From an uncultured Candidatus Rokubacteria bacterium (lineage in GTDB: Bacteria; Methylomirabilota; Methylomirabilia; Rokubacteriales; CSP1-6): a stretch of DNA of 64,000 nt. The translations under genes were made by a program, and so were the position numbers. Where the stretch lies: positions 32,001-96,000 of the forward strand of contig CAVYTA010000005.1 in assembly GCA_963771355.1 (NCBI GenBank), written 5' to 3'. The notes below the pieces were generated by a model, which searched no databases, was not told where the DNA came from, and worked only from the letters and a program-made list of their open reading frames with translations. Positions 19,145 through 31,558 of this stretch are shown here, one piece after another. Every line of letters begins with the position of its first letter. Position 1 is the stretch's first letter.

Positions 19145-21483
19145 GCGCGCCGCGGCTCGGACGTCGCGACCGGCCAGTCCCTCGATCGCCAACGTGAGCC
19201 GGCGCGCGGTTCCTCCAGGGGATGTCGGCGCTCGGCGCGCTTCGTGCTCGCCGCCGGCTTGCCGTCACGGCCGCGGCGCCGCCGATCCGCCGAAGTACGG
19301 CGCGCGACGGCATGCCGAACGGCTGGGTCGACGACCCGCTGGTGTTCGTGGCCATCGCCGATGACGGCACGGTCTCGATCGTCTGCCATCGCTCGGAGAT
19401 GGGGCAGGGCGTGCGGACCGGCATGCCGATGATCGTCGCCGACGAGCTCGAGGCCGACTGGAAGCGCGTGCGCGTCGTGCAGGCGCCCGGCGACGAGAAG
19501 CGCTTCGGCAACCAGGACACGGACGGGTCGCGCAGCACCCGGCATTTCTTCGAGCCGATGCGCCGCTGCGGCGCGGCGGCCCGGACCATGCTCGAGTCGG
19601 CCGCCGCCGCGCGGTGGAAGCGTGCCGGTGGGCGAAGTGGAGGCGAAGAACCACGAGGTCGTGCACGCGAAGATCGGGCCGGCGGCCGGCTACGGCTCGC
19701 TGGCCAAGGCCGCCGCCGGCCCAGCCCGTACCGGCGCGGGACGACGGTGCGCCTCAAGGACCCGTCGAAGTTCCGCTACATCGGCAAGGGCAACCTGAAG
19801 CTGGTCGACGGGCGCGACATCGTGACCGGCAAGGCCCAGTACGGCATCGACACGCGGCTGCGCCGGCATGCTCTACGCAGTCGTGGCGCGGCCGCCCGGT
19901 CGTACGGCGGCAAGGTCGCGAGCTTCGACGCGACCGAGGCCGCTCAAGGTGCCCGGCGTGGTGAAGGTCGTGGAGATCGAAGCGAGCCCCGCGCCCGCCG
20001 TACTTCAACCCGCTCGGCGGCATCGCGTGGTCGGGCGACAACACCTGGGCGGCGATCCAGGGCCGCAAGGCGCTCAAGGTCGACGTGGGACGACGGCCCG
20101 AACGCCAGCTACGATTCGGCGGCCTTCAAGGCGACGCTGGAGGAGGCCGCGCCGCAAGCCGGGCAAGGTCGTGCGCAACGACGGCAACGTCGACGCGGCC
20201 ATGGCCGCGGCCGCCAAGCGCGTCGAGGCCGAGTACTACGTCCCGCACCTCGCGCACGCCACCATGGAGCCGCCCGCCGCGACCGCGCGCATCACCGAGC
20301 GGCAAGTGCGAGGTGTGGGGCTCCTTCCAGTCCCCGCAGGCGACGCGCGATCTGCGTGGCCAAGCGCCTCGGCATGTCCGCCGCCGACGTCACCGTGCAC
20401 GTCACGCTGCTCGGCGGCGGCTTCGGGCGGAAGTCGAAGCCCGACTTCGCGCGTCGAGGCCGCGGTGGTGTCCAAGGCGATGGACGGCAAGCCGGTCAAG
20501 GTGACGTGGACGCGCGAGGACGACCTGATGCAACGCCTACTTCCACACGGTGTCCGTCGAGCATCTGGAAGCGGGCGTCGACGCGCAGGGCAAGCCGGTG
20601 GCGTGGCTACACCGGAGCGTGGCGCCGACGCATCGTCTCGACGTTCGACGCGGGCGCCAAGAACGAGGCGCCGCTCGAGCTCGGCATGGGCGTCATCAAC
20701 GTGCCCTTCGCGATCCCGAACGTCCGCATCGAGAACCCGGAGGCCGTCGCGCACACGCGCATCGGCTGGTTCCGCTCGGTCTCCAACATCCCGCACGCGT
20801 TCGCGGTGCAGTCGTTCGTGGCCGAGCTGGCCGCGGCGGCCGGCCGCGATCCGAAGGACTATCTGCTGGAGGTCATCGGCCCGGCGCGCAAGATCAGTCC
20901 CGAGGACGCTGCGGCGACACCTGGAACCACGGCGAGTCGCCGGAGCGCTACCCGGTCGACACGGGCCGCCTGCGACGCGTGGTCGAGACGGTGGCGCGCG
21001 AGGCCGGCTGGGGCCGGACGATGCCGAAGGGCCGGGGGCTCGGCATCGCCGGCCCACTACAGCTTCGTGAGCTACGTCGCGGCGGTGGTCGAGGTGGCGG
21101 TGGACAGCAAGCGGCGCGCTGACGATCCCCCGCGTGGACATCGCGGTGGACTGCGGCGCGACGGTCAACCCCGAGCGGGTGCGCGCCCAGATGGAGGGCG
21201 CGGCGTCATGGGGGTCGGCGTCGCGACGCTCGAGCGAGATGACGTTTCAAGAACGGCCGCGCCGAGCAGGACAACTTCCACACCTACGAGCTCACGCGGA
21301 TGGCGAGGCGCCGCGCGACGATCCGGGTCCACATCGTTCCCGGCGGGGACTACGGCAAGCCGATGGGCGGTGTGGGCGAGCCCGGGCGTGCCGCCGGTGC
21401 CGCCGGCCCTCTGCAACGCGATCTTCGCGGCCACCGGCAAGCGGATCCGGCGGCTGCCGATCCGGGACCAGCTCAAGGCCTGA
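19141..21483 (+). CDS. iorB: isoquinoline 1-oxidoreductase-like molybdopterin subunit, many frameshifts
   Basis: [52 protein letters not shown] spread over all three frames. Confidence 0.8.
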
Positions 21484-21550
21484 GCACACTCAGTACGCGA
21501 GAGGCCGGGCGCGATCAGTCTGCGCGCCCGGCCTCCCGTGATCCTGACGG

Positions 21551-22219
21551 CTAGAGGGCGCGGGCCGCGCGCACGATCTCCTCGTCGCTCGGGAACTTGG
21601 AGAGGTCTCCGATCCCCTCCAGAGCCTCGATATGCTGCCAGCGGATGATCCCGTCCCGATCGATGAGGAAGTGTCCGCTCAGCTGCAAGCCGTGGGTCAT
21701 CGCGATCTGGTTGTCGACCTCGGTGGCCTCGAATCCGTCCCGCTTGTTCAGGGTCGCCATTGCTTCGAAGGGATTCTGCGGCGTGGGGAGCTCGCCGGTA
21801 GGATTGATCCGTGCCGCCTGCAGCTGACCCATGGTGACCTTCCCCTGGGACCACGAGGCTTCCGATTCCTTCTCGACGAGGGTGCCCTCGGGCACCCTGA
21901 ACGCCCGGTGTGTCGCCGCCTCCGGGTCCGCGGTGAGCAGCACGCGTGCGGGGCGATACTTGTAGTAGAGCCGCGCGCGCTCCAGCGGGGTATTGACCAC
22001 CGCCATCGTCTCCGCGCCCACCGCCTTGAGCTTCTCCTGCGTGGTGCCCAGCTGGGCGAGCTGGCGCCGGCAGAAGGGGCAGTGCAGGCCGCGGAACATG
22101 GCAATCAGGACCGGACTGCGCCCGCGATAGTCGGCGAGCGAGACCTGGCCCTCTCGGTTGACCGCGGGCAGCAAGAAGTCGGGGGCGGGATCACCGGGGC
22201 GAAGAAGCATGGATGCCAT
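21551..22219 (-). CDS. redoxin / AhpC-TSA-like protein (CxxC)
   Basis: GDPAPDF, FRGLHCPFCRRQL, FLIDRDGIIRW. Confidence 0.85.
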   Translation of the reverse strand: MASMLLRPGDPAPDFLLPAVNREGQVSLADYRGRSPVLIAMFRGLHCPFCRRQLAQLGTTQEKLKAVGAETMAVVNTPLERARLYYKYRPARVLLTADPEAATHRAFRVPEGTLVEKESEASWSQGKVTMGQLQAARINPTGELPTPQNPFEAMATLNKRDGFEATEVDNQIAMTHGLQLSGHFLIDRDGIIRWQHIEALEGIGDLSKFPSDEEIVRAARAL

Positions 22220-22237
22220 GAGTCGTTGCCTTTCCAC

Positions 22238-22455
22238 TCGAGTCGTGTTCGCGCCAATCCAGGAACGGCAGCACCACGAGCGCGTCGGGCTCGAGCCCGA
22301 CGCGCTCGCAGACCGCCTGGGCTCTTTGCATGAACTCTTCCGCCTGCCCCTCGTCACCCAGATCCAGCTGGACGGTCGCGAGGCCATCGTAGCAGGGAAA
22401 GAGCAGCGGTGGCTCCTCGGCTTCCTCGGCAAGGGCGAGCGCTTCCTTGTAGTAG
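22238..22455 (-). pseudogene. second TPR C-terminal remnant (diverged repeat of about 15608-15822)
   Basis: YYKEALALAEEAEEPPLLFPCYDGLAT...ALVVLPFLD; the stop is changed to TGG. Confidence 0.7.
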
Positions 22456-22461
22456 GCTCCC

Positions 22462-24867
<2,406 letters not shown>

Positions 24868-25161
24868 CGGCCTCTCCTTGCATCTCACAGGCTTCACGAC
24901 TGGCAGGGACTGCCGACACGCTGGGCGAAGGCGCCCCCTCCGGCAGTGGGCGCATCGATGCAAAGTGTCGATTCCGAAGATACTCCAACTGGAAGAGCCT
25001 ACGCTGTGAAGAAGTGGGGCTTGCCGCACGGGAGTATCCTTCACCGAGAAACCCGCCGGCGGGGCGCGACCGCGTAGCTTCTTTCCGTGCGGATTTGCTA
25101 AGCTGGTCTCTCGATCCCGCCTGACACGTCCGATCCAGGGTCCGCCAACACTGCCGAGAGG

Positions 25162-26076
25162 ATGCGCATGGACCATGTAGAGTTCGACCGCGAGCCGCCC
25201 GCCAACTTGACGACGTTGGTCATAGCGTTTGGGGGATGGATCGATGCCGGCCGGGCGGCCACGGGCGCCTTGCGCCACCTGACCCGCGACCTCCGGGCCG
25301 AGCGGTTGGCGCGGATAATCCCCGAAGAGTTCTTCGTGTTCACCCAGGAGCGGCCCGAGGTGCGGTTGAGGCCCGACGGGGGCCGCGACATTCACTGGCC
25401 CCGAAGCGAGTTTTTTGCGTGGCATCCAGGAGAGGGGCGGGACGGCCTTCTCCTCTTTTGCGGTCCGGAGCCCCATCAGAGATGGCAAGCCTACACGAAG
25501 GCGTTCCTCGGCGTGGCCGAGCGCTGTGGGGTGAAGCGGATCGTCTCGCTCGGGGCGCTCCTGGCGGGCGCTCCTCACACCCGGCCGGTGCGAGTCACGG
25601 CTCGCTGCACCGACCCCGCCGCGAAGGCGCTGCTCGAAGCCTGGGGTATCTATCGGCCTCCGACCTACGAAGGCCCGACCGGAATCTCCACGATCGTCCT
25701 GGACGCGGCGGAGCGACGCGGAATGCAGCACGTCGGCTTCATGGGCCAGGCGCCGCACTATCTGCCCGATTCCGAGAATCCGGCCGCGATCGAAACCTTG
25801 GTCACCTACGTGGCTCGTCTGCTCAACCTGACCCCGGACATGTCGCATTTCGTCGAGGCCATCCAGGACTTTCGCGTCGAATGCGATCGGGCGGTGGCCC
25901 GGGACCGCGCGACCCGCGAGCACGTGCAGAAGCTGGAGCAGGAGTACGACGCGGCGGCGGCCGAGGAGCAGCAGCCACTACCGGGCGGAGAGCTCGACTC
26001 GGACCGGCTGATGCGAGACGTCGAGGATTTCCTGCGCCGGCAGCGGGAGGGTGGGGCGGGCGGGACGAGCGCCTGA
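25162..26076 (+). CDS. PAC2 (proteasome assembly chaperone) family protein
   Basis: AFGGWIDAG, GPEPHQRW, LGALLAGAPHTRP, YEGPTGI, PHY. Confidence 0.85.
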   Translation: MRMDHVEFDREPPANLTTLVIAFGGWIDAGRAATGALRHLTRDLRAERLARIIPEEFFVFTQERPEVRLRPDGGRDIHWPRSEFFAWHPGEGRDGLLLFCGPEPHQRWQAYTKAFLGVAERCGVKRIVSLGALLAGAPHTRPVRVTARCTDPAAKALLEAWGIYRPPTYEGPTGISTIVLDAAERRGMQHVGFMGQAPHYLPDSENPAAIETLVTYVARLLNLTPDMSHFVEAIQDFRVECDRAVARDRATREHVQKLEQEYDAAAAEEQQPLPGGELDSDRLMRDVEDFLRRQREGGAGGTSA

Positions 26077-26102
26077 CACGTCGACGCCGACGGGAGGCCG
26101 TC

Positions 26103-27713
26103 ATGGGCGACTGGTACGCCAAGCAGACGATCGGACTTCTGCCCGAGCGGGCGGCCCGGCAGTGGGGCGCGCGTGAGGCCCTGGCCTTTCAGGGACGACG
26201 GTGGACATTCGCGGAGTTGCACACGCGCGTCGACGCGGTGGCGAAGGGACTCCTGTCACTCGGCATCGCGCCGGGGGACAAGGTTGCCCTCTGGATGGTC
26301 AACCGTCCCGAGTGGATCGACGCGATGTTCGCCATCATCAAGATCGGCGCTGTTCTCGTCCCGATGAACACGCGCTTCCGCACCGAGGACATGGCCTATA
26401 TCCTCGCGCAGTCGGACGCCGCCGCGGTGCTCCTCGCCGACCGCTCGGGTCCGGTGGACTACCTCGGCATGATGCGCGAAGTCGTACCGGCCCTGGGCAA
26501 GTCGCCGGATTCGCGCTTTCCTTGCCTCCGCCACGCGGTGGTGCTCGCGGATCGGGCCGCCGCCGACGTGACCGACTGGAGCGAGGTGCTCGATCGGGGG
26601 ACGTCGGTGACCGCGGCGGCCCTGCGCGACCGGGCCGCCCGGGTCGATCCCGAGGACAGCGCCTTCATCCTCTACACCTCGGGGACGACCGGGTTTCCCA
26701 AGGGGGCCGTGCACAACCACGGCATCATCCGGAACGCCTGGGATCACGGCGATCGCATGGGCCTGACCGTCAACGACGTGATCCTCATGTACCTGCCGCT
26801 CTTTCACGCCTTCGGCTTCGTGGAAGGGCCGCTCATGTCGATGATCCGGGGCGCCCGTCAGGTGCTGACCGACACCTTCGACGCCGGCCCGTGCCTCGAT
26901 CTCATCGCCAGCGAGAGGGCGACGATCATTCACGGCTTCGACACCCACTACAAGGAGCTGCTGGACGCCCAGGAGCGAAGGGCCCGGGACGTGTCGAGCG
27001 TGCGCACCGGTATCTGTGGTACCGGCATGTCGAGCTCCATTCCGATCGCCCGTCGCGCCCGGCGGACATTCGGCAATCTCATGACCGGATTCGGGATGAG
27101 CGAGGTCGGCATCGGCGTGACCTTCTCCTTCCTCGACTCGACCGAGGAGCAATGCGTGGAGGCCAACGGCTATCCCGGCTCCGGCTATGAGGTGCGCATC
27201 ATCGACCCGGAGACGGGGGTCGACCAGCCGGTGTCGGTGCCGGGTGAGATCCTCGTCCGCGGGTACATCGTGACGCGGGGCTACTACAAGCGGCCCGAGG
27301 AGACGGCAAAGGCCATCGACGCCGAAGGCTGGTTCCACACCGGCGACATGGGGCTGATGCGCCCGGACGGCCACATGCGGTTCCTCGGCCGCTACAAGGA
27401 CATGCTCAAGATCGGCGGGGAGAACGTCGATCCCATGGAGGTCGAGGCCTTCCTGATGACCCATCCCGCCGTCCAGGCGGCGTCGGTGGTCGGGCTGCCC
27501 GACGCGCGGCTGTCCGAGGTGGCGGTGGCCTTCGTGCAGCGCGAGGCCGGCCAGGCGCTTTCCGAGCAGGAGGTCATCGAGCACTGCCGCGGGCGGGTGG
27601 CGAGCTTCAAGATTCCCCGCCACGTCGTCTTCGTCGACGAGTTCCCGATGACGAGCTCGGGCAAGGTTCAGAAGGTCAAGCTCCGCGAGCGGGCGCGGCA
27701 GGAGTGGGCCTAG
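26103..27713 (+). CDS. acyl-CoA synthetase (AMP-binding)
   Basis: YTSGTTGFPKG, GFGMSE, HTGD, GGENV, SGKVQK; GGAGG RBS. Confidence 0.9.
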   Translation: MGDWYAKQTIGLLPERAARQWGAREALAFQGRRWTFAELHTRVDAVAKGLLSLGIAPGDKVALWMVNRPEWIDAMFAIIKIGAVLVPMNTRFRTEDMAYILAQSDAAAVLLADRSGPVDYLGMMREVVPALGKSPDSRFPCLRHAVVLADRAAADVTDWSEVLDRGTSVTAAALRDRAARVDPEDSAFILYTSGTTGFPKGAVHNHGIIRNAWDHGDRMGLTVNDVILMYLPLFHAFGFVEGPLMSMIRGARQVLTDTFDAGPCLDLIASERATIIHGFDTHYKELLDAQERRARDVSSVRTGICGTGMSSSIPIARRARRTFGNLMTGFGMSEVGIGVTFSFLDSTEEQCVEANGYPGSGYEVRIIDPETGVDQPVSVPGEILVRGYIVTRGYYKRPEETAKAIDAEGWFHTGDMGLMRPDGHMRFLGRYKDMLKIGGENVDPMEVEAFLMTHPAVQAASVVGLPDARLSEVAVAFVQREAGQALSEQEVIEHCRGRVASFKIPRHVVFVDEFPMTSSGKVQKVKLRERARQEWA

Positions 27714-28120
27714 CCGCGGCCCCCCATGTGACAGACGAGCCGCCACTCGGCATCGGTCACCGGCTGAACCGAGAGCCGGGGCAGCCGGACCAGGGCCATG
27801 CCGGCGAAGCGCTTGTCGGCCTTGATCCGATCGAGGTCGACCGGGGTCGGGAGGGGCTCCACCGCAGCGACATCGATGGAGCGCCAGGCGGGATCGGTCG
27901 AATCGGGGTGCGCTTCCGCGATCACCTTGACGATGCCGACGATCGCGCGCTCCTTGCCGGTATGGTAGAAAAACGCCTGCTCACCCTTCTTCATGGCGCG
28001 CAGGTGGTTCTGGGCCGAGAAGTTGCGGATCCCGGTCCACTCCGCTCCTTGGCGGCCCTTCGCGACCTGCTCGGCCCACGACCAATCATCGGGCTCGCTC
28101 TTCAACAACCAGTAGGCCAT
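27710..28120 (-). CDS. EVE domain protein
   Basis: MAYWLLKSEP, WTGIRN, FFYHTG, RLSVQPV. Confidence 0.9.
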   Translation of the reverse strand: MAYWLLKSEPDDWSWAEQVAKGRQGAEWTGIRNFSAQNHLRAMKKGEQAFFYHTGKERAIVGIVKVIAEAHPDSTDPAWRSIDVAAVEPLPTPVDLDRIKADKRFAGMALVRLPRLSVQPVTDAEWRLVCHMGGRG

Positions 28121-28212
28121 GGCAGCCCCGCCTCCTTGCCGGGCACGCCCGCCAGGGTAGCAAATCGCCCAGGATCGCGGTCTCGACGTTGATGAAGCGG
28201 TGAGGGTCCGGG

Positions 28213-29514
28213 CTAGTCGAAGCGGTAGGCGCGGTACACGCGGGCGATCTCCCCGCTCCGCGCGGTGCCGATCGGGGCCGTCGGCCCGCCGAGGCGCCGG
28301 AGCAATTCGTCCCGCTGGGCGATCTCGGAGTCGCAGAGCGCGGCGCCTTTCAGCAGGAACTCGGAGAACTCGTTGGGGTAGGCGGTAGGGCAATCCGAGC
28401 GCGTGGCGCGGCTGAAGCCGAGGAGCGAGGCGGTGGTGGAGAGCAGCTGGATGCCGAGCCGCCGCGTGGCGATCGTGTCCGGCTCGTAGTAGGCCTCGAT
28501 CTCGTCGACGAATCGGAGGGAGGACACGACCCCGACGCGGCGGCCCCGCTCCTGCAAGGAGAAGACGTACCGCGTGCCGGGCCCGAAGATGTCACGCCCG
28601 ACGATGGCGACGACGAACTCCCCCGGGCGGGCCGCGGCGGGATAGCGGCGGTCGATCTGGTCCAGCACGCGGCTGCCGTCGTACTGGCCGCGCGCGCGGT
28701 CGAGCATGTCCTCCTCCGGCAGCACGATCGCAGGAAGGACGTCGCAGGCCAGACGCCACTTGCTCTCCAGCATCAAGCAGATGTCCTTGAGCGCGATGCG
28801 CGGGTCGGCCTGGTTGATGGACAGGAGCCGGAAGCGGAGCCCGGAGTGAAGCGGGGCCACCGCCAGGTCGACGGGCGCCGGGGATGGCGCGCCGCCCACC
28901 CCGAGTTTCTCGAGCTTGATGTCGAGGACGACCCGGCCCTCGCTCCGCGGGGGCGCCGTCGCCGCCAGGTCCTGGAAATGTCTGACCGCGCGGGCGCGAT
29001 CGCCACGCGCCCCGTACAGCTCGCCCAGGAAGATCTGATGGAGCATGCTCTGCGGCTCGAGACCGAGCCCCGACTCGAGGGAGCTGATGGCCGCCGCCTG
29101 GTCTCCGGCGGCGGCGTAGATGGAGGCCAGGCGGAACCTGACGAATGCGTATCGACGCTGCTGCACGTTGTTGAGCCCTTCGATGAAGGGGAGCGTGCGC
29201 TCGTAGTCCGGCCGCGCGAGCGCCAGCTGTCCCCGTCGACGCTGGCTCTCGGCCCGGTACAGGAGCAAGAACCACGTGTCCGTATCCACGGGGTATTTGG
29301 CGAAGAACTGCTCCACGCCGCTCAGGACCGCCGCGTCGTCGCCCGCCTGGAACCGCGTCAGGATCGTCCGGACCTCCTCGGCCATGGCGAAGGCGTCGCG
29401 CCCCTGACCCTGGGCGCCGGCACGCGGCAGGTCGGCGGCGAACGTGAGGGTGAACACGAAACACGCGGCGAGGGCGACACCGAACGGTCCGTGGGGGCGG
29501 CGCGCTCTGTGCAC
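28213..29514 (-). CDS. secreted TPR protein with degenerate archaemetzincin-like C-terminal domain
   Basis: Signal peptide, TPRs; RGQYDGSRVL, DIFGPGTRYVF, VVSSLRF; no HExxH. Confidence 0.65.
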   Translation of the reverse strand: MHRARRPHGPFGVALAACFVFTLTFAADLPRAGAQGQGRDAFAMAEEVRTILTRFQAGDDAAVLSGVEQFFAKYPVDTDTWFLLLYRAESQRRRGQLALARPDYERTLPFIEGLNNVQQRRYAFVRFRLASIYAAAGDQAAAISSLESGLGLEPQSMLHQIFLGELYGARGDRARAVRHFQDLAATAPPRSEGRVVLDIKLEKLGVGGAPSPAPVDLAVAPLHSGLRFRLLSINQADPRIALKDICLMLESKWRLACDVLPAIVLPEEDMLDRARGQYDGSRVLDQIDRRYPAAARPGEFVVAIVGRDIFGPGTRYVFSLQERGRRVGVVSSLRFVDEIEAYYEPDTIATRRLGIQLLSTTASLLGFSRATRSDCPTAYPNEFSEFLLKGAALCDSEIAQRDELLRRLGGPTAPIGTARSGEIARVYRAYRFD

Positions 29515-29515
29515 G

Positions 29516-30256
29516 CTAGGTCAGCCCGCCATCCACACCGAGGACCTGGCCCGTGATGTAGCTCGCTTCGTCGGATACGAGGAAGGCGACCGCGTTGGCA
29601 ACTTCCTCCGCCGTTCCCATGCGACCGAAGGCGGTCAGCTTGACGAGGCCGTCCTTCACCTCCTGCGGCAATCCTTGCGTGAGGTCGGTCGGGATGAGAC
29701 CCGGCGCGACGGCGTTCACGGCGATGTTCCGGCTGCCATATTCCTTCGCCATCGCCTTCGTGAAGCCGATGATGCCGGCCTTGGCCGCGGAGTAGTTCGT
29801 CTGGCCCGCGATGCCCACCATGCCCGCCATCGACGTCATGTTGACGATGCGCCCGTACCGTTGCGTCATCATCTGGCGCAGCGCCGCCTTGCTGCAATTG
29901 AAGACGCTCTTCAAATTCTGCTGGATGATGGTGTCGAAGTCTTCTTCCTTCATCGTGACGAGCGGGCCATCGCGGGTCGTGCCCGCGTTGTTCACCAGGA
30001 AGTCGAGCCGCCCGTAGGTGCGCGTGACCGCGCCCACCACTCCCTGCGCGGTGGCGAACTGGCTCACATCGCCCTGTACCGCGATCGCGTCGCCCCCGGC
30101 CGCCTTGATGGCGGCGACGACGTCATCCGCCGCGCCGGCGCGGGTGTTGTAGTTGACCGCGACGCGCGCGCCGAGCGCGGCGAGCTTGATCGCGCAGGCC
30201 CGGCCGATGCCGCGCGATGCTCCGGTCACGAGTCCGGCCTTGTCGGCGAGGTTCAT
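29516..30256 (-). CDS. fabG: 3-oxoacyl-ACP reductase
   Basis: TGASRGIG, NNAG, GQTNYSAAKAG, YITGQVLGVDGG. Confidence 0.9.
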   Translation of the reverse strand: MNLADKAGLVTGASRGIGRACAIKLAALGARVAVNYNTRAGAADDVVAAIKAAGGDAIAVQGDVSQFATAQGVVGAVTRTYGRLDFLVNNAGTTRDGPLVTMKEEDFDTIIQQNLKSVFNCSKAALRQMMTQRYGRIVNMTSMAGMVGIAGQTNYSAAKAGIIGFTKAMAKEYGSRNIAVNAVAPGLIPTDLTQGLPQEVKDGLVKLTAFGRMGTAEEVANAVAFLVSDEASYITGQVLGVDGGLT

Positions 30257-30326
30257 CGTCGTGGTGTCCTTCGAGGCTGCGCACTAGCCTTCGATCCTGG
30301 TATAGTATCGCGGTCGGTGTCTTTCC

Positions 30327-31265
30327 ATGACTGATCCATCCCTCGCCCCTTCCGTCCTGGCGCCGCTCTCAGGAGCCGAGGAGGGAGGGCGCGTCCCCCC
30401 GCGCTGGTACTCGCACGCGTACAATCGCCCCGAGGTTTACCGCCTCGCCGCCGCGATGGGATGGCTGCCCCGCCCAGCCCGGCTCGGGCTCGCCCGGGCG
30501 ATCGGGCGGGCGGCGCGGCGGCTCTTCCCGGCCGAGCGGGCCGTCGTCCGGGCGACGCTCGAGGTGATGACGGCCGCCAGCGGCGCGCGGCTGGACGAGC
30601 TGACCGCCGGCGTCTTCCGCGATTTCGCCATGTGCTTCAGCGATCTCGTCACCACCAACCGCCAGCCGTCGACGCGGCTCACCGCCCACGTGAGCCAGGC
30701 GCGCGGCACCGAGCGGCTCGAGAGGCTCGAGGGCGGCATGATCTCGCTGACCGCCCACGTCGGCAACTGGGAGCTCGCCGGCCGGCTGCTCGCGCTCCGG
30801 TCCGCGCGGCCGACCCACGTCGTGGTGGCCGAGGAGGAAGTACGGGCGCTCAAGCGATGGGTGCGTCGGGATGGCGATGGCGTGCGCTTCGTTCCCCGCT
30901 CCGCGCCGACCGTCTCGCTCCAGCTGGTCGCCGCGCTCCGGCGAGGGGAGGTCGTGGCGGTGCAGGGAGACCGCGCGCTGGGAACCCGCGGGGATGCCCT
31001 GGTCCCGTTCTTCGGGCGCCCGGCGCCGTTTCCGCTGGGACCGTTCATCCTTGCCCGCGCGCTGCGGGTCCCCCTGGTTCCCGCCTTCTGCATGCTCGAC
31101 TCCGACCGGCGCTACGAGGTGACCGTCCCGGAGCCGCTGACCGTCGCCGCCGGGGGCGAAGAGGACGCCCTCCGCACCTGGGTCGCGCTCCTCGAGGACA
31201 CCGTCCGCCGGCACCCGACCCAGTGGTTCAACTTCTTCGACGTCTGGAACCCCATCTCCGGGTAA
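30327..31265 (+). CDS. LpxL/HtrB-like lipid acyltransferase
   Basis: TAHVGNWE, QGDR, PFFG, HPTQWFNFFDVW. Confidence 0.85.
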   Translation: MTDPSLAPSVLAPLSGAEEGGRVPPRWYSHAYNRPEVYRLAAAMGWLPRPARLGLARAIGRAARRLFPAERAVVRATLEVMTAASGARLDELTAGVFRDFAMCFSDLVTTNRQPSTRLTAHVSQARGTERLERLEGGMISLTAHVGNWELAGRLLALRSARPTHVVVAEEEVRALKRWVRRDGDGVRFVPRSAPTVSLQLVAALRRGEVVAVQGDRALGTRGDALVPFFGRPAPFPLGPFILARALRVPLVPAFCMLDSDRRYEVTVPEPLTVAAGGEEDALRTWVALLEDTVRRHPTQWFNFFDVWNPISG

Positions 31266-31281
31266 CGCGAAAAGCCTCGAC

Positions 31282-31557
31282 GTGGAGAGCGAAAAGGTCC
31301 TGGACGCCATCAAGACCCTCCTGGTAGAGCGGCTGAAGTTCGATCCCGCCCGGGCGGCCGACATCACCGTGCATACGTCGCTGCCCAAGGGGATCGAGGG
31401 TTCTCTGGGACTCGACTCGCTGGACTTCATCGAGCTGGCGATGGGAATCGAGGAGCGCTGTGGCGTCATGATCGACGACCAGGAGGACCTGGCGCCCCAT
31501 TTCAAGTCGGTCGGCGCCCTCGTCGACTTCGTCGCCTCCCGGCAGAGCGGGAGGTGA
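31282..31557 (+). CDS. acyl carrier protein
   Basis: LGLDSLD phosphopantetheine site; 91 aa. Confidence 0.9.
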   Translation: MESEKVLDAIKTLLVERLKFDPARAADITVHTSLPKGIEGSLGLDSLDFIELAMGIEERCGVMIDDQEDLAPHFKSVGALVDFVASRQSGR

Positions 31558-31558
31558 C

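Noticed and set aside
24966..24992. TGTCGA as a third ECF42 promoter
   Set aside because: No CGAC/CGTC at the 17-nt spacing
25236..26102. 825-aa ORF suggesting an N-terminally extended CoA ligase
   Set aside because: The extension is an alternate frame of the PAC2 gene; the real start is ATG 26103 with GGAGG
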